DNA from: Patescibacteria group bacterium | Lineage (GTDB): Bacteria; Patescibacteriota; Gracilibacteria; UBA4473 | DNA length: 64,000 nt | Direction: 5' to 3' | NCBI GenBank assembly: GCA_965660445.1 | Contig: CBFIAK010000001.1 | Coordinates: forward strand, 448,001-512,000 | The notes under the pieces: model-generated | The model's input: the letters and a program-made list of their open reading frames with translations, nothing else | Database searches by the model: none | Told to the model about the DNA's origin: nothing | Part shown: one piece after another, positions 19,183-27,615 of the stretch | How positions within the stretch are numbered: position 1 is the stretch's first letter | How the letters are laid out: each line of letters begins with the position of its first letter | Position numbers and translations under genes: made by a program

Positions 19183-20400
19183 ATGCGAAAAATCTGCTTT
19201 ATCGTTCTTGTGTCGGCGACAAATGTTGTGTTAGCACTCGGTACACAAATATTTTCTGATGTAGCGAAAAGCCAATATAAAGAAGCTATATATCATCTTC
19301 AAGAAAAAGGTATATTGCAAGGGTATGCAGATGGCACCTTTCAGCCTCAAAAAAATATAAACCGTGCAGAGTTTCTTAAAATTGTTATCGAAACGTTTTA
19401 TCCTAACACCGTCTACGACGATTATCGTCAGAAATGTTTTGATGATGTCAACGATACCTCATTGTGGTATGTGCCTTATGCCTGTAAAGCAAAAGAACTC
19501 TATCTTATTGATGGATACGATAATCGGTATTTAAAACCAGAAAATACAATCTCTTTCGTAGAGAGTGCGAAAATAATCGCCAATATGTCAGGAACCCAGT
19601 TTTCAGAAACAGAAAATCCATGGTACGAACCGTACGTTCGATTTATGCTTCAAAAAAAATTAGTATCACCTTCTATTGATGCATTTAATCATGAAATGAC
19701 CAGAGCAGATATATCAGAAATGATAAGTCGATATATTCGATTACAAGAACAAAGACTCGATTCATACCTTTCGTTCCGAAACGAAAACTATGGAGAAACC
19801 GAAACCCCTCAATGGGAAGACCTTTCAACCGTTGCATACGGACAAACATCTCCAGAAGCACTAATGCAGGCTTATAATATCGAACGAACACATCGGGCTG
19901 TAATCGATACGCCTCACCCCGGTGAATTTGTGGAAGGATCATATCTTTCAACCTATAACCAATGGACAAAAACTTCTTATGAACCATCAGTAGAGAATCA
20001 TTCATTATCTCTTGAAAAAGAAGCTCTCTTTCGAGAATCGTTATTTAAGCTCCTGAACGAAAAACGGTATTATGCCAATAGAAATACGTTTGTGATTGAT
20101 CCTGTTTTAAATACCGTTGCTCAAAACTTCGCAGAACATATCGTTATTAACGGGTTTTATAGCCATATGGATAAATGGGGAAAAAAACCACAACAAAGAG
20201 TGAAAGATGCTGGATATGAAGGAACTATTTCTGAAAGTATGGTCTGGCGAAAACGAGATGTTTCACAAGTAGTAAACTGGTGGGAAGAATCAGATCTGCA
20301 TTGGAACAATATCATGACCCCAGAATATAAAAATGTAGGTATCGGTGTCAGCGAAGAACCCGGAGGAGGGTATTTGGTTATTCTTATTACAGGATCATAA
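19183..20400 (+). CDS. SLH-domain plus CAP-domain surface protein
   Basis: FSDV...GILQGYADGTFQPQKNINRAEF (SLH); C-terminal SHMD...WEESDLHWNNIM...VGIG (CAP). Confidence 0.88.
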   Translation: MRKICFIVLVSATNVVLALGTQIFSDVAKSQYKEAIYHLQEKGILQGYADGTFQPQKNINRAEFLKIVIETFYPNTVYDDYRQKCFDDVNDTSLWYVPYACKAKELYLIDGYDNRYLKPENTISFVESAKIIANMSGTQFSETENPWYEPYVRFMLQKKLVSPSIDAFNHEMTRADISEMISRYIRLQEQRLDSYLSFRNENYGETETPQWEDLSTVAYGQTSPEALMQAYNIERTHRAVIDTPHPGEFVEGSYLSTYNQWTKTSYEPSVENHSLSLEKEALFRESLFKLLNEKRYYANRNTFVIDPVLNTVAQNFAEHIVINGFYSHMDKWGKKPQQRVKDAGYEGTISESMVWRKRDVSQVVNWWEESDLHWNNIMTPEYKNVGIGVSEEPGGGYLVILITGS

Positions 20401-21131
20401 TGGAATATATTTTTATATCGTTTATCGCTGGAATACTAACTATACTTGCTCCTTGCGTGTTGCCAGTGCTTCCCATTATTATCGGTGGTTCGTTACAAAG
20501 CAAGAGTGCGATGCGTCCTCTTGTAATAACACTCAGTCTTGGTGTTTCTATTGTTGTTTTTACACTGCTCTTGAGGGTGTTCTTTGTAAATGCAATACCA
20601 CGTCAAATGATCCAATTTGTTTCAGGAGGAATCATCCTTTTTTTTGGAATTGTGCTTCTTTTTCCACAACTGTGGGTTCGAATAGGAAACGTTCTGAAAA
20701 TAGAAAATGTTTCTTCTCAATGGCTTCAGAACTCTGGAAAAAAAGATGGTATCTGGGGTATGATTCTTATAGGAGCAGCCCTCGGCCCTGTGTTTGCGAG
20801 TTGCTCACCAACCTATTTTGTAATACTGGGAACCGTTTTGCCTCAAAGTTTTTGGGAAGGAGTTGTAAACCTTTTTGTCTATGGACTTGGACTTTCAAGT
20901 ATACTTTTTGTTATTGCTGTTCTTGGGCAAAAATCTCTTCGGTACCTGCGAGGGCTTGCCGATCCAAAAGGATGGTTTAAACGAGGTTTGGGAATTCTTT
21001 TCGTCTTTGTGGGGATATCTATTATCTTTGGATGGGATAAAAAAATAGAAGCCTATGTACTGAGTAATTCAGAGTTTGTTTTTTCTGTGCTTGAGTTTGA
21101 AGAACGTCTCATCGATTCAGTGCAAGAATAA
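20400..21131 (+). CDS. Cytochrome c biogenesis CcdA/DsbD-family membrane protein
   Basis: AGILTILAPCVLPVLP and FASCSP redox cysteines. Confidence 0.88.
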   Translation: MEYIFISFIAGILTILAPCVLPVLPIIIGGSLQSKSAMRPLVITLSLGVSIVVFTLLLRVFFVNAIPRQMIQFVSGGIILFFGIVLLFPQLWVRIGNVLKIENVSSQWLQNSGKKDGIWGMILIGAALGPVFASCSPTYFVILGTVLPQSFWEGVVNLFVYGLGLSSILFVIAVLGQKSLRYLRGLADPKGWFKRGLGILFVFVGISIIFGWDKKIEAYVLSNSEFVFSVLEFEERLIDSVQE

Positions 21132-21230
21132 ATAAAATGATAAAAAACTTTGAAGATGCCTCTGTGTAAGAAAGAATTGACCAATTCTGCTTTTTGTTTA
21201 CAATTTTTCGGTGCTGTTTTCCAATAGGAA

Positions 21231-21306
<76 letters not shown>

Positions 21307-21311
21307 TAATA

Positions 21312-21386
21312 GCCACCATAGCTCAGGGGTAGAGCACATCCATGGTAAGGATGGGGTCTCGAGTTCAAATCTCGATGGTGGCTCCA
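21312..21386 (+). tRNA. tRNA-Thr(GGT)
   Basis: Cloverleaf with CATCC-AT-GGT-AA-GGATG and CCA end. Confidence 0.96.
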
Positions 21387-21400
21387 TGTCGTCAGATATG

Positions 21401-22150
21401 ACTCCAATATTTCATAATCCGTATACACGGATTATTTCATATGTTTCGTCATATCTTCCTCTCGAATGAAGAGAGGTCTTTGTTTTCATAACGGTGGTTT
21501 TTTGCTACACGCAAAACCACCTACTCAAACAAAGCTACCCTCATCATTCGGTAAATCGCAATAATCGCAGGGGTAACTCCAATATTCCATAATCTGTATG
21601 CACAGATTATTTCATATATTTCAGAATCACTCCTCTCCGACTCAATTCTTCATGAGGAATGGGAAGTATGAAGTAGAAAATGAAGTTATTGAGTATGTTT
21701 CGTTTGGTGTACTTTTGTCGTAAAGTATTCCTCATTTCTGGAATATCGTCGGGTGAAATCGCAAGAATCGCAGGGGTGACTCCACTATTCCAGAATCCGT
21801 ATACACAGATTATTTCATATATTCCGTCATATCTTCCTCTCCCTCAAAAAGCCGTTCATATACATTCACTTATTTTTCGGGGTGAATCACAAAAGAATCA
21901 CAAAAATCACTCAAGTATTTCAAAATCACTCCTCTCCGACTCAATTCTTCATGAGGAATGGGAAGTATGAAGTAAAAAATGAAGTTATTGAGTATGTTTC
22001 GTTTGGTGTACTTTTGTCGTAAAGTATTCCTCATTTCTGGAATATCGTCGGGTGAAATCGCAATAGTCGCAGGGGTAACTCCACTATTCCAGAATCCGTA
22101 TACACGGATTATTTCATATATTCCGTCATATCTTCCTCTCGAATGAAGAA
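21401..22150. repeat. Four-copy degenerate repeat array including a ~225-bp near-identical duplication (~21617-21841 and ~21916-22140)
   Basis: Core ACTCC..TATT.CA.AATC.GTAT.CAC.GATTATTTCATAT at ~21401, ~21576, ~21779 and ~22078. Confidence 0.92.
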
Positions 22151-22166
22151 GGGATTTTCTTTTCAT
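21870..22166 (-). pseudogene. Longest copy of a repeated short ORF (MKRKSLLHSRGRYDGIYEII...); the other three copies are truncated or stopped
   Basis: The same reading frame is recognisable in all four repeat units. Confidence 0.4.
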
Positions 22167-22195
22167 AAAAAAAAGAGGCATAGAAGGCCTCTTTT
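22167..22195. terminator. Intrinsic terminator
   Basis: AAAAGAGGC-atagaag-GCCTCTTTT. Confidence 0.7.
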
Positions 22196-22778
22196 ATTGG
22201 TGTCTTTCTTGGATTAGATTTTCTCGTAATCCATAAACTATATTTTTTGCGTTTTCAAACCCATAAGGATCTTTAAAGAGATTTGCATCCGTTTCTATAT
22301 ACGCATCAAGGTATCTTTTATCATGATATACATACACCATAGTTTTGGTTATGATTATATCAATGGAAGCATTCTGATCGTATATTCGATATGCATCGGA
22401 TCCGAAAATTTGTATCTTTACCTCTATTTCTTGAGTCTCCCAATGGTCTTCAAAACTATCAATGTCAATAGTTTTCTTGGGAAAATTGATTTTTGAAATA
22501 GGGCTTTTGTACACATTTTCTGATATTGCAGCAAATGATTTTTCCCATTTTATAGATTCTTCCGTTGGAATAGAAAATGCCCAATAAGGAAAACTATTTA
22601 TAAAAACAAGAGAATCTTCATTATAGAAGAATTTCTCTACGTGATTTGGATACACGTAGTGTGGTCGTTTTTTTATTTGAGAAAAAGAAACATCGGAAAG
22701 AAATGTATTCCTTTTTTCTGCAAGATACACAACCGACGAGAGAGCAATAATCCAAAACAATAAAAATGCAATTTTCAT
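22194..22778 (-). CDS. Hypothetical exported protein
   Basis: N-terminal hydrophobic segment; 194 aa. Confidence 0.6.
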   Translation of the reverse strand: MKIAFLLFWIIALSSVVYLAEKRNTFLSDVSFSQIKKRPHYVYPNHVEKFFYNEDSLVFINSFPYWAFSIPTEESIKWEKSFAAISENVYKSPISKINFPKKTIDIDSFEDHWETQEIEVKIQIFGSDAYRIYDQNASIDIIITKTMVYVYHDKRYLDAYIETDANLFKDPYGFENAKNIVYGLRENLIQERHQ

Positions 22779-22883
22779 GCAAAACTCCTTTGTATTTTTA
22801 AAACATGTATTGAGAAAGAACGTCGTAGTTTGTATTCTCTCTTACCGAAGAAGTCAAATTTTTATCTCTTTTTTTATATTCAA

Positions 22884-23438
22884 TTATTGAGTTCGTTTGT
22901 TTTCCAGTGTGCCTAAAAAATATCCCTGAAACGCTGCCCAAAAAAGAATTTGTTCCGCTTGAGCAAATATTTTATACGGGAAATCAAGAAACTCAGGATA
23001 GAGAGTCAGTAATCGATTACTGTAATCATCTCTCATTTGTGATAAAAAACTCATCAGTACAGGAGATATTTTTGTCTTTTCTATGAGGGATTCAGTATCA
23101 CTATCGGTGTAAGCAATCCATTCTTGTGCCAGATTTGTAGTAGATTTTCTTGTTTTAAGTGTTCCTTCGTATGGATTTATCTCCTTTTCAATAAGATATA
23201 AGAAGTATCCTGCGTATACGAAAAGAGAAAGTGTAAAATGAATATCCGTTTTTAAATCTTCTGATTGATCTTTAAAAATGTCATATTTATCACTGATATC
23301 ATCAAGAGCGACTTGTGTTATGAGATCAAATCCGTTTTGTGTTTCTTCGTGTAAACACGCAAGAACCTCGGATCTCTCTTCTGCAGATCGGCTTAAAAAC
23401 GTGACCCATTTTTCGTATATGTCATTGTAGTCAATCAT
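22884..23438 (-). CDS. Hypothetical protein
   Basis: 184-aa ORF co-oriented with its neighbours. Confidence 0.6.
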   Translation of the reverse strand: MIDYNDIYEKWVTFLSRSAEERSEVLACLHEETQNGFDLITQVALDDISDKYDIFKDQSEDLKTDIHFTLSLFVYAGYFLYLIEKEINPYEGTLKTRKSTTNLAQEWIAYTDSDTESLIEKTKISPVLMSFLSQMRDDYSNRLLTLYPEFLDFPYKIFAQAEQILFWAAFQGYFLGTLENKRTQ

Positions 23439-23450
23439 GTGTATAAATAG

Positions 23451-24257
23451 TTATAAATTTTTCTGACGGTCTTCTTCAAACGTGGTGTGTTTGTGTGACT
23501 TAAAAAACCAATTCTTGTCTTTTCCTTTTAATCGAGAAGTAATATGTCCAACAGCAATACCAATAGGCCCTCCAATATAACTTCCAAATGCAGGTTCGAG
23601 CACCTTTGATGCTTTTTGGCGTTCTTCGGGAGTGCTGAGTGCTTTCATTGCATAATGACTCGCTCTCCATTCTTTTGGAAGAACAAAAAGCCCTGATAAT
23701 TCATCGAGCATCGTATACGCTCCAGAATACCGACGATCAAAATCAAGAGCATGTCCAGTTTCATGGAGTGCAACCGCTTTATTTGGATGAAAGACCGTCG
23801 CCGTTTTTGTAAACGGGTTATAAAGATCACTTCTCATTATTTTTCCCATAAGCCATGCTCCAAAAACAGAAGGAATACCAAAAAGAGTCCGTAATACAAT
23901 ATTAGGACGCCCTTTTATGTGTGGATCATATAAACGCTTCAGTTCTCCGAAAAGTGAAGAATGTCCAAGACGTACAGCAATTTCGTTTTTGAATGGAGCG
24001 TCTTTGAACCCTTCTGTAATAGCTTCTTTTATTTCTTCTTTTGGAGTGTTTTGAAATACATTTCGAAATGTTCCTAAAAAAAGATGTGTGGGAATAGCCC
24101 CTATGTGCCCTAGTGTGTCTGCAAACCAGTCTTTTTTTGTGATAAATCGAATTTTTCCACGAACTTCTTCAGTTATATCTTGGGCTTTTTGCGCCCCTTT
24201 AGATATGTTTTTTTGTTCCTGAGAACGAGGAGTATTATTGCTTTCGGGTTTTCGCAT
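23451..24257 (-). CDS. Hypothetical HExxH zinc-metallopeptidase-like protein
   Basis: ALHETGHALD followed by EWRAS (candidate third ligand). Confidence 0.6.
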   Translation of the reverse strand: MRKPESNNTPRSQEQKNISKGAQKAQDITEEVRGKIRFITKKDWFADTLGHIGAIPTHLFLGTFRNVFQNTPKEEIKEAITEGFKDAPFKNEIAVRLGHSSLFGELKRLYDPHIKGRPNIVLRTLFGIPSVFGAWLMGKIMRSDLYNPFTKTATVFHPNKAVALHETGHALDFDRRYSGAYTMLDELSGLFVLPKEWRASHYAMKALSTPEERQKASKVLEPAFGSYIGGPIGIAVGHITSRLKGKDKNWFFKSHKHTTFEEDRQKNL

Positions 24258-24306
24258 CCTTTTATTATAACAGAAAAATAAGAGGAGCGCAATGAAGTGG
24301 AAGTAG

Positions 24307-24503
24307 GAATCTAAATTAGAATCCAGAATCTTGAATCTGGAATCTTGTTCCCATCACAGAAGCACAATAAAGCGAAAAAGGTTTTTCACTTCAGAATTAT
24401 GAATTATGAATTATGGAAAAATCACAAGGTTGTGCACAGCCTTGTGATTTTTTTTGTTATTCCTGTGATTCCTTCTAGATTCAAGATTCCGGATTCTAGA
24501 TTC
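24307..24503. repeat. Inverted heptamer-repeat blocks flanking (GAATTAT)3 and a hairpin
   Basis: AGAATCC-AGAATCT-TGAATCT-GGAATCT versus AGATTCA-AGATTCC-GGATTCT-AGATTC; hairpin AAAATCACAAGG...CCTTGTGATTTT. Confidence 0.8.
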
Positions 24504-24504
24504 T

Positions 24505-24538
24505 TATTTCAGGTCTTTTTGGTATCGCCAGGGGGAAT
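24505..24538 (-). repeat. Duplicated tRNA-Glu 3' end plus flank (att-like), 32/34 identical to 24780-24813
   Basis: tatttcaggtctttttggtatcgccagggggaat versus tatttcagggctttttggcatcgccagggggaat. Confidence 0.9.
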
Positions 24539-24671
24539 ACCTACCTTTCATCCCAATAAATCGGGATTCAGTCGGTGAAACGAATCAAAATCTTTTATTC
24601 GTTATCACTCATAAGATTTTGTTCTTATTTTCGAACCCTTTGGTTTGATCCCTTCACAGGGACAACCCCGT

Positions 24672-24794
24672 AAAAGTCCTCAAATAGAGGTTATTCTGAG
24701 GAACCTAGGTTTGAGACGCAGTGAATGTACCTTAATGGTACATGAGCAAGCGAAAAGCGTAGTGACAAAAAAATAACCCTATTTCAGGGCTTTT
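24672..24794. mobile_element. ~123-bp non-coding element with imperfect terminal inverted repeats (MITE/RPE-like)
   Basis: AAAAGTCCTCAAATAGAGGTTATT ... AATAACCCTATTTCAGGGCTTTT; central ATGTACC-ttaat-GGTACAT palindrome. Confidence 0.55.
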
Positions 24795-24869
24795 TGGCAT
24801 CGCCAGGGGGAATCGAACCCCCGTTACCAGAATGAGAATCTGGCGTCCTAACCACTAGACGATGGCGAC
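24795..24869 (-). tRNA. tRNA-Glu(CTC)
   Basis: GTCGCCATCGTCTAGTGG...CCAGA-TT-CTC-AT-TCTGG...GGTTCGATTCCC...GCCA. Confidence 0.96.
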
Positions 24870-24920
24870 GTAGCGAGATTATAGAGAAAATAAAAAAGAG
24901 GTCAAAAAATCAAAATGCTT

Positions 24921-24954
24921 AAAAAAACTCACGATGCAAATCGTGAGTTTTTTT
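24921..24954. terminator. Intrinsic terminator after the fasciclin gene
   Basis: AAAAAAACTCACGAT-gcaa-ATCGTGAGTTTTTTT. Confidence 0.85.
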
Positions 24955-24982
24955 GAAAATAAAAGAGAGTATACAAGAAACT

Positions 24983-25786
24983 CTATTGAGTTGTATCTTC
25001 TGTGTCTTCCGTTACTTCGTTTGTATCTTCCATTGTCGTTTCTTCCGTATTCATATCGTCTTCAGTTGTTGCTTCTGTCGTTACTTCATCTTCATTCATT
25101 TCTGTTTCTGTTGTATCTTCTGTGTTTTCCATTACTTCTTCTGTAGTTGTTTCTGTCGTTTCTTCGGTATTCATGTCGTCTTCTGTAGTTGTTTCTGTCG
25201 TTTCAGCTTCACCGTCTTCTGGTGTTTGAAGGAAGTCTCGAGGAATAAGAACACTGTTGATAAGGTATGCGATACCATTTGAACCAATAAGCGGTTCTCC
25301 AATAACAAGTGCTCCATTATTAATAGTCAGTACGCCTTCTTCATCTTTATTAATCAAGATACCGTTATCGGGAAGGAGTGATTGAATGATAATACCATCC
25401 GTAAAATCTTCTGCTTCACCTCGACCTTTTACTAAATGGTAGGCAATAAGCATATCTAAGTTTCGTTTTTGTTCTGGTTGAAAGAGTTGTGTTCGAATGT
25501 TTTCAGGAATTTGATTGAATGCTTCATCCGTTGGAATAAAAACAGTCACTTGATGATTGTTTTCTAAAATAGCTTGTGCTTCAAGTGTTTCAATAGCTTG
25601 CATAAACATTCCGACATTTGTTTGTTCTGCAACAATATCTTTTAAAAGAGGGAATTCTGCATATTCGGAATTCGTTTGTGCATCAGCAGAAATACGCACA
25701 TTATCAGCTGTTTCAGATTCAGTTTCTGTTGAGCCGCACCCAACAACAAGAAGGGCAAATAAAGAGAGGATAAATATTTTTTTCAT
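24983..25786 (-). CDS. Fasciclin (FAS1) domain lipoprotein with an acidic Thr/Glu-repeat tail
   Basis: Lipobox LVVGC; TVFIPTDEAF, LIAYHLV, SNGIAYLINSVL; TTEDDMNTEETT twice. Confidence 0.88.
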   Translation of the reverse strand: MKKIFILSLFALLVVGCGSTETESETADNVRISADAQTNSEYAEFPLLKDIVAEQTNVGMFMQAIETLEAQAILENNHQVTVFIPTDEAFNQIPENIRTQLFQPEQKRNLDMLIAYHLVKGRGEAEDFTDGIIIQSLLPDNGILINKDEEGVLTINNGALVIGEPLIGSNGIAYLINSVLIPRDFLQTPEDGEAETTETTTEDDMNTEETTETTTEEVMENTEDTTETEMNEDEVTTEATTEDDMNTEETTMEDTNEVTEDTEDTTQ

Positions 25787-25934
25787 TGATAAAGAGGATT
25801 AAAACTACCCGCATCATACAAGCATCTTTGTTTTTTTCAAATTTTTTTATGGTCTTTTCGAAAAGGAGCTTGTTTTTTTCAGAACAAAAGTCTACCATAA
25901 AGCTGTTATTGGGTCTTTTTTTATTCAGAAAACA

Positions 25935-27608
25935 ATGAAAAAAATATATACAACAGGCTTCCTATTCCTCTTTGTTCTCTTTGGATACGCGATGAATATT
26001 TCGGCTCAAGAATTGCAGCCGACTCTTCGAGTGAGTCTCAGTGGATCAAATCCTCCAACGCAAAGAGTGTATGTTGGATCAGAAGGAGTTGAAGTCTTCC
26101 GTGTTTGGCTTACTCCACACCATCATGAACAAGGAAGTATCACGTTGAAGACATTTCGAATAGAGCATGAGGGAGATAAAAGTCATTTCCTACGCTATAA
26201 CCTTGTGCAGGATAACCGAGTGCTTTCAACTGTTTCTTTGCCAAGTGGTAATTTTATAGAATTTCGAAATCTCAATATTGTTCTTTCTGACGATATGACA
26301 ACAGAACTTCGTGTTTTTGCTGATGTATCTCAGCGTACTATAGAAGGTGATCACGTGTTTTTTATCGGTCATCCAAACGATGTTCCGTTGGAAAAAAATG
26401 ATATTCGAGACCTCGAAACAAAAGTTATCGGAAATTTTCCTGTAGAATCAAATAGAATTGTTATAGGGGAATCATTTGAAACGCCTTCTGCGGAATGCAA
26501 TATGCGAGAAGAGCCAGTGTGTGGAGTTGATGGAAAAACCTATTATAATATGTGTATTCCGTTTCAAAAAAATATTGCGCTTGATTATATGGGAGTATGT
26601 TATGAATCTGATAATCGAAAACAAACTCAGTGCGGAAGTCTTGTTGAACCAATATGTGGAAGCGACGGACGTACATATGCCAATACGTGTTTTTTAGAAC
26701 AGAAAGAAGGTATTTTTAAAAGATATGATGGAGAGTGTTTTCCTCAGGATTTTGAGTTTCCTCGTCTTTTTTCTCAAGCGGTAGAGTTGTTGAGTCGAAA
26801 ATCAAAAGAACTTCAGCAAGTAAGACCACGTTTATCAGATACCGCTCAAAATCGGTTGCAAGATGTGGTTTCCGTACTTCAGTCTTATAACTTTACATCT
26901 GAAAACACAGAAGATTTACTTCAGCGTATTGGTGAGTTTTTAGAGTTCTCAACAATCTCATCAAAGGGATTGATGCTCGAACAAGAAATTGAAAAACTTA
27001 ATGCTGCTGTTATACAAGCACGAGCAAGATCAGCACAAAAAAAATATGAATCAGGAATTATTCCTTTTCGAGACGTTGATGAAAACGCTTGGTTTCTATC
27101 ATCAGTAAATTTCATGAAGAACAATAATTTTATACAAGATTTAGTTTCTATTGATGACATGATCTATGGAACGTTTCGACCCGAGGAATTTGTGACAAAA
27201 GCAGAAGCAACCCATTTACTTCTTTTAGTACAAGGAAAAGATATGTTTGAGGTTTTACCTCCACGTAATAGATTAGGAAGATCTCATCGATTTCATAACG
27301 CAATTTCTGTTGCTGAAACCATGAATGCGTCTTTATGGGCTCGTGATGCGAATCCAGATCAAAAAATAAATCGGTTTGAAATGATTCAGCTTATCACAGA
27401 GCTTTATGATTTAGAGGTGCCTGATTATCCAAGAACTGTTTTTCGAGATGTAGAAAATCAAGAATTTGTATCTGTGCTGGAATTCGCTCGTGATAAAGGG
27501 CTTATTGCTGGTTATGCTGATGGGAGTGTTCGCCCAAAACGACTCCTCACTCGAGCAGAAGCAGTACATTTAATTTGGAAAGCACATTCTCTCTTTGGTG
27601 ACCTTTAA
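25935..27608 (+). CDS. Surface protein with two Kazal-type domains and C-terminal SLH domains
   Basis: PVCGVDGKTYYNMC and PICGSDGRTYANTC; PFRDVDENAWF and GLIAGYADGSVRP..LTRAEA. Confidence 0.85.
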   Translation: MKKIYTTGFLFLFVLFGYAMNISAQELQPTLRVSLSGSNPPTQRVYVGSEGVEVFRVWLTPHHHEQGSITLKTFRIEHEGDKSHFLRYNLVQDNRVLSTVSLPSGNFIEFRNLNIVLSDDMTTELRVFADVSQRTIEGDHVFFIGHPNDVPLEKNDIRDLETKVIGNFPVESNRIVIGESFETPSAECNMREEPVCGVDGKTYYNMCIPFQKNIALDYMGVCYESDNRKQTQCGSLVEPICGSDGRTYANTCFLEQKEGIFKRYDGECFPQDFEFPRLFSQAVELLSRKSKELQQVRPRLSDTAQNRLQDVVSVLQSYNFTSENTEDLLQRIGEFLEFSTISSKGLMLEQEIEKLNAAVIQARARSAQKKYESGIIPFRDVDENAWFLSSVNFMKNNNFIQDLVSIDDMIYGTFRPEEFVTKAEATHLLLLVQGKDMFEVLPPRNRLGRSHRFHNAISVAETMNASLWARDANPDQKINRFEMIQLITELYDLEVPDYPRTVFRDVENQEFVSVLEFARDKGLIAGYADGSVRPKRLLTRAEAVHLIWKAHSLFGDL

Positions 27609-27615
27609 TGGTGTT

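Noticed and set aside
21312-21386. Unusual A32 in the tRNA-Thr anticodon loop
   Set aside because: A32 occurs in other bacterial tRNA-Thr(GGU) genes and the rest of the cloverleaf is canonical.
21401-22150. CRISPR array
   Set aside because: Unit spacing is irregular (roughly 175, 200 and 300 bp), intervening sequence is itself duplicated, and no cas genes are present.
24934-25282. Three + strand ORFs rich in Cys/Phe/Ser/Val
   Set aside because: Shadow frames of the low-complexity Thr/Glu tail of the fasciclin gene.
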